A DNA stretch of 64,000 nucleotides from Tenacibaculum sp. (GTDB lineage Bacteria; Bacteroidota; Bacteroidia; Flavobacteriales; Flavobacteriaceae): assembly GCF_050290165.1 (NCBI RefSeq), contig NZ_JBNKHD010000003.1:85752-149751 (forward strand). The letters are read 5' to 3'. This document shows, piece after piece, positions 56,163-64,000 of this stretch (positions within the stretch are counted from its first letter, which is position 1; each line of letters starts with the position of its first letter). Both the position numbers and the translations under genes were made by a program. The notes beneath the pieces were generated by a model. It was not told where the DNA came from. It was given only the letters and a program-made list of their open reading frames with translations, and searched no databases.

Positions 56163-57848
56163 CTATTTTAAATCTTTTAACATTAGCTGAATAGAAGTGT
56201 ACCCATTCCAAGTATTTTCATCTAAGGTATAGGCAATGTCAAAATCGTTTTGTGTTGAAGTTATTTTGTCTCCCAAACCAAACCCAATTGCATTGTATGT
56301 TTTTTGGTCAGTGCCGTAAATGATATTCAATTTTAAATGACTACTGTCAGTGCCAACTTGTTTTCCGTAACCATTATCTCTCACAGCAGTTGTGGTAAAA
56401 ACAGGTTTCATGTTTTGCGGACCAAACGGGGCCATTTGTTGAATAATGCGGAAAAACTTTGGAGTGATTTCTGATAAGTCAATCTCAGCATCAATAGTGA
56501 TTTCTGGAGTTAACAAGTCTTTATCAATGGTTGCTTTAACTACTTCTTCAAACTTATTTTTAAAGTTTTGATATTGCTCAGGTAACAAGGTTAACCCCGC
56601 TGCATATTTATGTCCACCAAATTGTTCGATAAACTCAGAGCATTCTTCCAAAGCATTGTACACATCAAATCCTTTTACGGAACGAGCTGAGGCAGCTAAT
56701 TTTTCACCACTCTTAGTAAAAACCAACGTAGGTCTGTAGTAAGTTTCTGTTAAACGAGAGGCTACAATACCAATGACTCCTTTGTGCCAATTTTCGTCAA
56801 AAACAACTGTGGTGTAATTTTCTTGTTCGTTATTTTTTTCAATTTGTAATAAAGCTTCTTGGGTAATTGCTCTATCCAGTTCTTTTCTGTCTGAATTAAA
56901 TTTTTCAATAGCTGAAGCAAACTCAACGGCTGAATCAAAATCCATTTCGGTTAACAATTCAACTGCATAGTTTCCATGTTTCATACGACCAGCAGCATTT
57001 ATCCGCGGAGCGATGATAAAAACTACATCGGTAATGGTGAGTTCCTTTTTTTGTAACTGATGAATAATAGCCTTAATACCATTTCTGGGTTGCGAATTGA
57101 TGACTTGTAGTCCGTGATACGCTAATACTCTATTTTCACCAGTCATTGGAACAATGTCTGCGGCGATTGCTGTAGCAACTAAATCTAAATATGGAATTAA
57201 GTCTTCAATCGTTTGATTTCTTTTTGAAGCTAACGCCTGAATCAATTTAAAGCCAACACCACAACCACATAGCTCATCATAAGGATAGTTGCAGTCTATT
57301 TGTTTAGGGTTTAAAACAGCAATAGCTTTTGGAACCTCACTTCCGGGTTTATGGTGATCACAAATAATAAAATCAATTCCTTTTTTAGTAGCATAATCAA
57401 CTTTATCAATAGCTTTAATACCGCAGTCTAAAGCAATGATAAGCGAAAAACCATTGTCCTCAGCAAAATCAATTCCTTGAAAAGAAACTCCATAGCCTTC
57501 TTCGTATCGGTCAGGAATATAGGTTGCAATATTAGGGTGAATTGTTTTTAGGTAAGAAGATAGTAAAGAAACAGCTGTAGTTCCGTCAACATCATAATCA
57601 CCAAAAACTAAGATATTTTCGTTGTTAGTAATAGCGGTTTCTATGCGTTGAACAGCGAGCTCCATATCCTTCATTAAAAAAGGATTGTGTAAATCGCTTA
57701 GTGATGGACGAAAAAATAGTTTGGCTTCATCAAAGGTTTCAATACCGCGTTGCACTAAAATTTTAGCCAAGGTAGTATCCACAGCTAATTCTTTAGCTAA
57801 TTGTTTTACTTTAATGGTGTCTGGTTGCGGTTTTAGTGTCCAACGCAT
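56163..57848 (-). CDS. recJ: Single-stranded DNA-specific exonuclease RecJ
   Basis: GDYDVDG, DCG, CDHH (DHH), PRINAAGR, GGHKYAAG. Confidence 0.97.
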   Translation of the reverse strand: MRWTLKPQPDTIKVKQLAKELAVDTTLAKILVQRGIETFDEAKLFFRPSLSDLHNPFLMKDMELAVQRIETAITNNENILVFGDYDVDGTTAVSLLSSYLKTIHPNIATYIPDRYEEGYGVSFQGIDFAEDNGFSLIIALDCGIKAIDKVDYATKKGIDFIICDHHKPGSEVPKAIAVLNPKQIDCNYPYDELCGCGVGFKLIQALASKRNQTIEDLIPYLDLVATAIAADIVPMTGENRVLAYHGLQVINSQPRNGIKAIIHQLQKKELTITDVVFIIAPRINAAGRMKHGNYAVELLTEMDFDSAVEFASAIEKFNSDRKELDRAITQEALLQIEKNNEQENYTTVVFDENWHKGVIGIVASRLTETYYRPTLVFTKSGEKLAASARSVKGFDVYNALEECSEFIEQFGGHKYAAGLTLLPEQYQNFKNKFEEVVKATIDKDLLTPEITIDAEIDLSEITPKFFRIIQQMAPFGPQNMKPVFTTTAVRDNGYGKQVGTDSSHLKLNIIYGTDQKTYNAIGFGLGDKITSTQNDFDIAYTLDENTWNGYTSIQLMLKDLK

Positions 57849-57869
57849 AGCAATTTAATCGAAAATAAA

Positions 57870-58295
57870 TTAGTTGTTATGTAAATGAATAGCGGTAGTT
57901 ACATCAGCAAATTTTCTAAACATTTCCATAACACCACAGTATTTTTCAATCGATAAATCTACTGCTTTGTTAATTTTTTTCTCGTCTAAATCGCTTCCGT
58001 AAAAATGATAATCAACCAAAACTTTATGGTAATATTTTGGGTGCTCTTCGGTTAATTCACCAGTAACAACAATTTTAAAATCATCAATTTTTACACGCAT
58101 TTTTTCTAACATAGGAACGATATCTAAACCAGAACAACCTGCTAATGAAGAAAGCATCATGGCTTTAGGTCGTAACCCAGTATTATTTCCTCCATGCTCT
58201 TCAGAAGTGTCAATTACTATTGAATGTCCACTTGGGTTATCACTTTCAAATTGCATATTTTCTTTCCAAACGGTTGTAACTGTGTTTGTTGCCAT
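57870..58295 (-). CDS. OsmC/YhfA family protein
   Basis: GLRPKAMMLSSLAGCSG and SIEKYCGV (two conserved Cys). Confidence 0.85.
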   Translation of the reverse strand: MATNTVTTVWKENMQFESDNPSGHSIVIDTSEEHGGNNTGLRPKAMMLSSLAGCSGLDIVPMLEKMRVKIDDFKIVVTGELTEEHPKYYHKVLVDYHFYGSDLDEKKINKAVDLSIEKYCGVMEMFRKFADVTTAIHLHNN

Positions 58296-58414
58296 ATCTT
58301 GATAATTTTTTGTTTATTGCATAAGTAAGTCAATGTGTATTTTGACTTAAGTATTTAAATAGTAACACAAACTTACAGTAAAAAGTTAGTATTAAAAACT
58401 TAAAAAATAAAACT

Positions 58415-59005
58415 ATGCCTTTAGTAACTCCTTTAGATTCGAATCATGATGCAGAAACAAAACAGTTGTCTGATTTTTATAATGAAACCTTAGGTTTTTG
58501 CCCAAATTCGGTGTTAACAATGCAACGCCGACCAGAAATTTCTAAAGCATTTATCAATTTAAATAAAGCGGTAATGGCTAACCATGGTCGTGTGACTTCT
58601 GCTTTAAAACGTATGATTGCTTGGGTAAGCAGCAATGCTACAGGTTGTCGTTACTGTCAAGCACATGCAATTCGTGCTGCTGAACGTTACGGTGCAGAAC
58701 AAGAACAATTAGATAATATTTGGGAATATAAAACACACTCAGCATTTTCTGATGCTGAACGTGCAGCATTAGATTTTTCATTGGCGGCTTCGATGGTTCC
58801 AAATATGGTAGATGAAAAAATAAAAGAGGAGTTGTATAAATATTGGGATGAAGGAGAGATAGTAGAAATGTTAGGAGTGATCTCTCTTTTTGGATATTTA
58901 AATCGTTGGAATGATTCTATGGGAACAAGTATTGAAGATGGTGCCGTTGAAAGTGGAAAACAATATTTAGGAAAACATGGTTGGAACAAAGGAAAGCATG
59001 TATAA
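58415..59005 (+). CDS. Carboxymuconolactone decarboxylase / AhpD-like peroxidase
   Basis: CRYCQAH (CxxC-H), ERAALDF and LFGYLNRWND. Confidence 0.85.
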   Translation: MPLVTPLDSNHDAETKQLSDFYNETLGFCPNSVLTMQRRPEISKAFINLNKAVMANHGRVTSALKRMIAWVSSNATGCRYCQAHAIRAAERYGAEQEQLDNIWEYKTHSAFSDAERAALDFSLAASMVPNMVDEKIKEELYKYWDEGEIVEMLGVISLFGYLNRWNDSMGTSIEDGAVESGKQYLGKHGWNKGKHV

Positions 59006-59010
59006 AAATT

Positions 59011-59034
59011 AAAAGCTCGCATTTGCGAGCTTTT
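59011..59034. terminator. Bidirectional intrinsic terminator
   Basis: AAAAGCTCGCA-TT-TGCGAGCTTTT between the CMD gene and mscL. Confidence 0.8.
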
Positions 59035-59055
59035 TTTATTAAGTATCTAACTGAA

Positions 59056-59463
59056 TTATTTTTTTAATAAATCTCTAATTTCAGTTAATAGTTCTTCTTG
59101 ACTAGGTCCTTTAGGGGCTTCTGGAGCAGCTTCTTCTTTTTTCTTCATAGCATTTACAGCTTTTACGACCATAAACATTACAAAAGCTACAATGATAAAA
59201 TCAATAACATGAGTTAAAAATTCGCCATACATTATAGCAACTTCTCCTGTTACTTTTCCTGCTTCATCTGCAACACCTTCTTTAATTATATATTTTACAT
59301 CTTTAAAGTTGGCTTTGAAAATAAGTCCAATTAAAGGAGAAACAATTCCTCCAGTAAAAGATGTTACTACTTGTTTAAAAGCAGCACCCATTACAAAACC
59401 TACTGCAATGTCTACTAAATTGCCTTTCATGGCAAAGTCTTTAAACTCTTTAAGCATTCCCAT
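59056..59463 (-). CDS. mscL: Large-conductance mechanosensitive channel
   Basis: KEFKDFAMKGNLVDIAVGFVMGAAF and LLTEIRDLLK. Confidence 0.97.
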   Translation of the reverse strand: MGMLKEFKDFAMKGNLVDIAVGFVMGAAFKQVVTSFTGGIVSPLIGLIFKANFKDVKYIIKEGVADEAGKVTGEVAIMYGEFLTHVIDFIIVAFVMFMVVKAVNAMKKKEEAAPEAPKGPSQEELLTEIRDLLKK

Positions 59464-59508
59464 ATTTTTGATTTTTAATAGTTAACTGAATTGAAAAGTA
59501 TAAAAAAA

Positions 59509-60612
59509 TTAGTGTTTTACCAATCTTTTTATGCGTTGAGATAAAGAGGTAAGTATTTCATATGGAATGGTTTCACTCTTATGAGCCATATATTCCACAT
59601 GTTGTTGATGGTTAAAGATAATTACTTCATCTCCTTCGTTACAATCAATTTTTGTAACATCAACCATAATCATATCCATACACACATTTCCAATAATAGG
59701 AGCTGGTTGATTATTGATAAAAACAAAACCATTTTTATTTCCTAGTTTTCTTGAAATACCATCTGCATGTCCAATAGGAATCGTAGCACTTCGAGTAGGT
59801 TGATTTGCAACAAAAGCTCTATTGTAACCAACAGTTTCACCAGGTTGAATTAGGTGAATTTGAGAAATAATAGACTTTAAAGTATGGGTATTTTTTAATT
59901 GAGCAGTTTCTTGATCATCATTTCCAAAACCGTACAATCCTATGCCTAAGCGAACCATATCAAATTGAGCCTGTGGATAATTGATAATTCCAGAAGTGTT
60001 TAAGATATGAAGTGTAGGTTCGTAATCTAGGTGTGAATAAATTTGTTTTACAATATAGGCGAAGTTGTTAATCTGACCTATAGTAAAATCTTGCTCATAA
60101 GGATCTTCACTAGCAGCTAAATGTGAAAAAATTGATTCAACTTTTACATTGTTTGATTTTTTTAACCCTGAAATTAATGCAGGTACATCTGTGTGCCAAA
60201 ACCCTAGTCTGTTTAATCCGGTATTGAATTTTATATGAATAGGATAATTCATCAAAGGAGTCTCATCTGCAAGTTGCATAAATGCATCAAAAATTTTGAA
60301 ACTATATAAACTAGGTTCAAGACGATATTTTACAATCTCTTTTAAGTTTTGAATTTGAGGTTGTAACACTAAAATAGGAGTTGTTATTCCTGCTTCACGT
60401 AACGCAATACCTTCATTAGAGTAGGCAACAGCAAAGTAATCAACCTGATCTTGTACAATTTTAGCAATCTCTACTGATTCACTTCCGTAGCCATATGCCT
60501 TAACTACTGCCAAAATTTTGGTTTGAGGCTGTAATTTTTGTTTAAAATAAGCTAGGTTGTGCAACACAGCTTGCGAATCGATTTCTAAAACAGTAACGTG
60601 ATTGTTATTCAT
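59509..60612 (-). CDS. alr: Alanine racemase
   Basis: AVVKAYGYG (PLP-Lys), [21 protein letters not shown] and VCMDM. Confidence 0.95.
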   Translation of the reverse strand: MNNNHVTVLEIDSQAVLHNLAYFKQKLQPQTKILAVVKAYGYGSESVEIAKIVQDQVDYFAVAYSNEGIALREAGITTPILVLQPQIQNLKEIVKYRLEPSLYSFKIFDAFMQLADETPLMNYPIHIKFNTGLNRLGFWHTDVPALISGLKKSNNVKVESIFSHLAASEDPYEQDFTIGQINNFAYIVKQIYSHLDYEPTLHILNTSGIINYPQAQFDMVRLGIGLYGFGNDDQETAQLKNTHTLKSIISQIHLIQPGETVGYNRAFVANQPTRSATIPIGHADGISRKLGNKNGFVFINNQPAPIIGNVCMDMIMVDVTKIDCNEGDEVIIFNHQQHVEYMAHKSETIPYEILTSLSQRIKRLVKH

Positions 60613-61222
60613 TATCGGTTTCTTCTTCTTTATTATGAGCTTCTTGCTCTTTCATGGCTTTATAATAGGCAGCTCTGCTTAAAGGTTCATATTCTTGGGT
60701 TTCACCCAATAATACTAAATCGTCACTTTGTGCTTTCCTATAACTATAATGTGCTAGGTTGCCAGTACGGGTGCAAACTGCATGTACTTTGGTAACATAC
60801 TCAGCAGTTGCCATTAAAGCAGGCATAGGTCCAAAAGGATTTCCTTTAAAGTCCATATCTAAACCAGCAACTATAACACGAATGCCTCTGTTGGCTAAAT
60901 CGTTACAAACAGCTACAATTTCATCATCAAAAAACTGAGCTTCGTCTATTCCTACTACGTCAACATCATTAGCAAGTAGCCTTATGTTAGAAGATGCTGG
61001 TACTGGCGTAGAGCGAATTCTATTTTCGTTATGCGATACCACTTCTTCATCGTGATAACGAGTATCAACAGCAGGTTTAAATATTTCAACACGTTGCTTA
61101 GCAAACTGAGCACGTTTAAGTCTTCTAATTAATTCTTCGGTTTTACCCGAAAACATTGAGCCACAAATTACCTCAATCCAACCAAATTGTTCTGTGTGAT
61201 TTACCGTATTTTCAAGAAACAT
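60605..61222 (-). CDS. tdk: Thymidine kinase
   Basis: [14 protein letters not shown] and AGLDMDF; overlaps the alr start by 8 nt. Confidence 0.95.
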   Translation of the reverse strand: MFLENTVNHTEQFGWIEVICGSMFSGKTEELIRRLKRAQFAKQRVEIFKPAVDTRYHDEEVVSHNENRIRSTPVPASSNIRLLANDVDVVGIDEAQFFDDEIVAVCNDLANRGIRVIVAGLDMDFKGNPFGPMPALMATAEYVTKVHAVCTRTGNLAHYSYRKAQSDDLVLLGETQEYEPLSRAAYYKAMKEQEAHNKEEETDNE

Positions 61223-61324
61223 TTTGTAATTTTAAGCTCTAAATTATTGATTTTTGTATTACTTTCGAACGAGGAACAAATTTATTAAAATTTAATAGCA
61301 AAAAATAAAATACAAGGATAACTT

Positions 61325-62257
61325 ATGCACAAAAAACTAGCAGCAGATTTAACCAGTTTAGCACACAGTATCTTACAAATGAAAAATAAAGAGGATGTGT
61401 TTGAGTTAAAGCAAAAGGCATATGAGGTTTACGAAAAACTTTCGGTTTTAGCGTATGTAGAAGAGTACATTAATAATACTCCAAATCCTACTAAAACTAA
61501 AGATGAGTTGTTGCAAGAAGTGTTGTTGGCTGAGCAAAAGAAAGAAGAGGAGCTATTAATTGAGAATTCATTAGTTAAAGAAACAGTTGTTAAAGAGGAA
61601 GTAGAAGAAGTTATTGAGACTACTGAAGTTGTTGAGGTTGAAACTAAAGAGATAGCTCAGGGAGTTTCTACTTTAGAAGTAGTAAAAGAGGAAGAGTCTT
61701 TGGAAGAGGAAAGAATCATACATCATTTAGAAGTAGAAGAAGAGTTGGAGCAAGAGATTGATGAGATTTCCGAAAAAGTTATTGAAGAAGTAGAAGTCAT
61801 TAAAGAAGTACAAGAGAAAACAGTTGTAGAAGAAATCATAGAACAACCTTTTGATGAACTTGAAGAATTGTTACATGGTACTACTGGAGATGTAAAAGAT
61901 GATGTAAAGGATGTTGGAGAAAGAAAAACACTAACATTAGAGGATGAGTTACAAGATACTATTTCAGTAGATGTAATGAAAGACTTGTTTACTAAAGCAG
62001 AGCCAAAAAAATCATTAAATGACCATTTTCAAAGTACAATTCAAATTGATTTAAATGATAGAATTGCTTTTGTAAAGCATTTATTTGATGGAGATCAAAA
62101 TGACTTTAATAGAGTAATTTCTCAGCTTAATACATTTAAAACAGAAAAAGAAGCAAAAAAGTTTATCAATAAAATGATAAAACCAGACTATGATTGGGCT
62201 ACAAAAGAAGAATACGAAAACAGATTGTTAGAAATCATAGAAAGAAGATTTGCTTAG
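61325..62257 (+). CDS. Conserved hypothetical protein with long Glu/Val-rich acidic linker
   Basis: Folded-looking ends (MHKKLAADLTSLAHSILQ; IDLNDRIAFVKHLFDG) flank a low-complexity E/V-rich tract. Confidence 0.8.
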   Translation: MHKKLAADLTSLAHSILQMKNKEDVFELKQKAYEVYEKLSVLAYVEEYINNTPNPTKTKDELLQEVLLAEQKKEEELLIENSLVKETVVKEEVEEVIETTEVVEVETKEIAQGVSTLEVVKEEESLEEERIIHHLEVEEELEQEIDEISEKVIEEVEVIKEVQEKTVVEEIIEQPFDELEELLHGTTGDVKDDVKDVGERKTLTLEDELQDTISVDVMKDLFTKAEPKKSLNDHFQSTIQIDLNDRIAFVKHLFDGDQNDFNRVISQLNTFKTEKEAKKFINKMIKPDYDWATKEEYENRLLEIIERRFA

Positions 62258-63265
62258 ATGAATTCCGACTTCATAGTTATACATACTCATTTTCATAAAA
62301 GAAGAACGGGGGTTACAAGAAGTATTGAAAATGTACTTCCTGATTTAAAACAGTTATGCACAACGTATCTTTATGGGTATGGAATTGAAGGAGAGAAAAT
62401 CACAACTTCTGAATTAAAAAAACTATTATTCTCTAATAAAAATAGTGTTGTTCATTGCCACCGTAACAATGAAATTTTAAAAATGTTATGGTATCGAGTT
62501 TTAGGGGCAAAATTTAAGTTAGTGTCTACAAGACATGCAGAAACTGAGCCTTCAGGATTTACTAGGTTTTTATTAAAAAAATCAGATGAGGTAATAACAT
62601 TGACAAATTCAATGCATAAAAACCTAGGAATACCAAATACAAAAGTGTCACACGGAGTAGATACAAACCTTTTTGTTCCTAATTCAGAAAAGAAATTAAA
62701 TCATATTTCTCACAAAAATATAATTCTTTGTGCAGGCAGGGTAAGAAAAGCGAAAGGACAAGTAGTTTTGTTAGAAGCTGTAGCCCCTGAGTTACAAAAA
62801 AATGAAGATTGGTCACTAGTTATTGTTGGGAAAGTAGATAAGCCTCAGTTTTTAGAAGAATTAAAAGAAATTGCAGAGAAGAATCAAATAGAAAACCAAG
62901 TTTATTTTATTGATGAAACTTCAGAAATTGTTTCTTATTACCAAGCAGCGACCATTGCAGTAGTACCTTCTTTTACAGAAGGCTTTTCTTTGGTATGTGC
63001 AGAAGCTATGGCGTGTGGAAATACTGTTATAGCTACAGAAAATGTTGGAGTACACTCTGAGCTCATAACAAATTTAGAGTCAGGATACTTATTCAAATCA
63101 GGAAATATTGCTGAACTTCAAAAATTAGTTCACAAGTTGATAAATAAAGAGCTTCCGGTTTTGGGTAAGAATGCTCGAAAAGAAATAGAACAAAATTGGA
63201 GTGCTCAAAAAGAAGCGAAAGAACTTGTTAAGGTGTATGAAAAAGTAAGTCAAAAATTACTTTAA
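62258..63265 (+). CDS. Glycosyltransferase family 4 (LpcC-like mannosyltransferase)
   Basis: KRRTGVTRSI, HCHRNNE, GRVRKAKG and EGFSLVCAEAMACG (EX7E). Start abuts the upstream stop (TAGATG). Confidence 0.8.
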   Translation: MNSDFIVIHTHFHKRRTGVTRSIENVLPDLKQLCTTYLYGYGIEGEKITTSELKKLLFSNKNSVVHCHRNNEILKMLWYRVLGAKFKLVSTRHAETEPSGFTRFLLKKSDEVITLTNSMHKNLGIPNTKVSHGVDTNLFVPNSEKKLNHISHKNIILCAGRVRKAKGQVVLLEAVAPELQKNEDWSLVIVGKVDKPQFLEELKEIAEKNQIENQVYFIDETSEIVSYYQAATIAVVPSFTEGFSLVCAEAMACGNTVIATENVGVHSELITNLESGYLFKSGNIAELQKLVHKLINKELPVLGKNARKEIEQNWSAQKEAKELVKVYEKVSQKLL

Positions 63266-63356
63266 CAAAGGGATTTTCCCTGTAAATAGAAACAAGCTTA
63301 GAAAAACAATTACGAGTTTGTCAACTTTTAAATCACTTGCGACGTATTATTTTAAT

Positions 63357-63377
63357 AGAGGGGAAAACCCCTTTTTT
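63357..63377 (+). terminator. Intrinsic terminator after the GT4 operon
   Basis: AGAGGGG-AAAA-CCCCTTT followed by a U-tract. Confidence 0.7.
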
Positions 63378-63460
63378 CTTATTAGGTACCATGGGGAGAT
63401 TTGTTAAATATGCGTTAAATGATTAATTTTACATTCCAATTCGCGCTCCTTAGCGAGTTG

Positions 63461-63673
63461 TAACCTCTTACTACACCCCTTATTTAATTACCTCTCAACA
63501 TTATAATAACCTCTTACTATATCCCTTAATCCCTTTACCTCTCTACATAATAACCTCTCTTGAAGTTAAAAAATGTTGCCCTTAAATTTATTTTATTTAC
63601 CAACCTCTTAATAAAGATATTTTACAACTAACTCCATAAAAACTACAGGAAGTTAGTTTGCTGCGTGACCTCT
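63461..63673 (+). repeat. Array of seven ACCTCT motifs including an imperfect ~45-bp tandem repeat
   Basis: ACCTCT at 63463, 63490, 63509, 63537, 63553, 63603 and 63668; repeat units start at 63461, 63507 and 63551. Confidence 0.8.
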
Positions 63674-63767
63674 CTAATAACTTAAAATTAAAGAATAATA
63701 CTATGTAAAATATTACACTATGTTGCTTAATGACACACAGCCTGCCTGTAAAAGGAAAAGGTTAAAC

Positions 63768-64000
63768 ATGTTAAAAAAATGCTGCATTGAGAGTAATTTA
63801 AAAGGGTACCTAAATTGTATGACGGGTTTTCTTGTCATGCTTTTTTTGTTTTCTATAACTACACTCCATGCACAAAACGTGCCCACTGAGACGACCGTAA
63901 AAGCCAACTTTGGGGTAGACTCAGATGTACATTCAGGATTAGTTTCCTTTCCTAATGGAATGGTTTTCCCATTTGGAACAGACGATTGGTTCTTGGGTGA
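63768..64000 (+). CDS. N-terminus of a secreted protein (truncated by window edge)
   Basis: Manual translation gives MLKKCCIESNLKGYLNCMTGFLVMLFLFSITTLHAQNVPTETTVKANFGVDSDVHSG...DDWFLG, with a signal peptide ending LHA|Q. An in-frame alternative ATG lies at 63720. Confidence 0.65.
   Translation, partial: MLKKCCIESNLKGYLNCMTGFLVMLFLFSITTLHAQNVPTETTVKANFGVDSDVHSGLVSFPNGMVFPFGTDDWFLG

Noticed and set aside
5897-59034. Palindromes as a REP/MITE repeat family or transposon ends
   Set aside because: The stems are unrelated in sequence, sit at gene 3' ends with A/U tails and lack target duplications or a transposase, so they are ordinary intrinsic terminators.
61540-61900. GAA/GTA-rich stretch as a tandem repeat or frameshift signal
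   Set aside because: It reflects Glu/Val-rich coding in an intact reading frame, with no periodic nucleotide unit.
63461-63673. ACCTCT array as a degenerate CRISPR array
   Set aside because: No constant 25-45 bp repeat with unique spacers, irregular spacing, and no cas genes in the window.
2670-63907. Numerous 60-170 aa ORFs nested antisense or out of frame within long genes (e.g. 2670-3080, 10238-10681, 14714-15220, 38138-38566, 43964-44317, 54120-54503, 58687-59022, 63713-63907)
   Set aside because: They fully overlap well-supported genes, show mirror-codon composition and have no motifs, promoters or terminators of their own.
1-64000. tRNA, rRNA, T-box leaders before tyrS/leuS, prophage, IS or defence systems
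   Set aside because: No cloverleaf, rRNA-like sequence, integrase/transposase or defence motifs were seen. The tyrS and leuS leaders are only about 20-25 nt after the -7 element, too short for T-boxes.

Overview
An AT-rich bacterial chromosomal window from the Flavobacteriaceae (Bacteroidota), Tenacibaculum/Polaribacter-like. The assignment rests on sprA/T9SS, TAnnTTTG -7 promoters and gene content; the genus is an inference. Most of the window is conserved housekeeping and envelope genes: queG, maeB-ruvA-sprA-gcvH-vanZ-tonB-tonB, hemD, pyrC, tyrS, leuS, tesB, recJ, mscL, alr and tdk. I found no rRNA, tRNA, CRISPR array, transposase, integrase or prophage. Seven elements stand out. (1) A metal-homeostasis module at 31.3-34.8 kb: a membrane-anchored Cys-motif leader ORF ending in IFHPP, a long intergenic stem-loop, and an OprC-like (CxxxM/HxM) copper TonB-dependent transporter. 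It resembles a Bacteroidota counterpart of the CruR/CutF copper-sensing uORF systems. (2) Two small Cys-cluster proteins 25 kb apart that share a TATATTTG promoter overlapped by a Fur-box-like palindrome; one carries a FhuF-like CC-x9-C-x2-C motif. (3) A bacterial protein with protein-arginine-methyltransferase (PRMT) motifs. (4) A stand-alone ~70-nt sRNA candidate with promoter, terminator and an exposed anti-AUG tract. (5) Tandem stand-alone Aer-type PAS proteins with an identical C-terminal tail. (6) A phosphate/DNA-scavenging region (PiT-PhoU, porin, phosphoesterase, TBDT-DUF5689-nuclease) with 11-bp-period TTAACA-like repeats. (7) An ACCTCT repeat array in a long leader at the right edge. 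All family calls come from motif recognition; no database searches were run.
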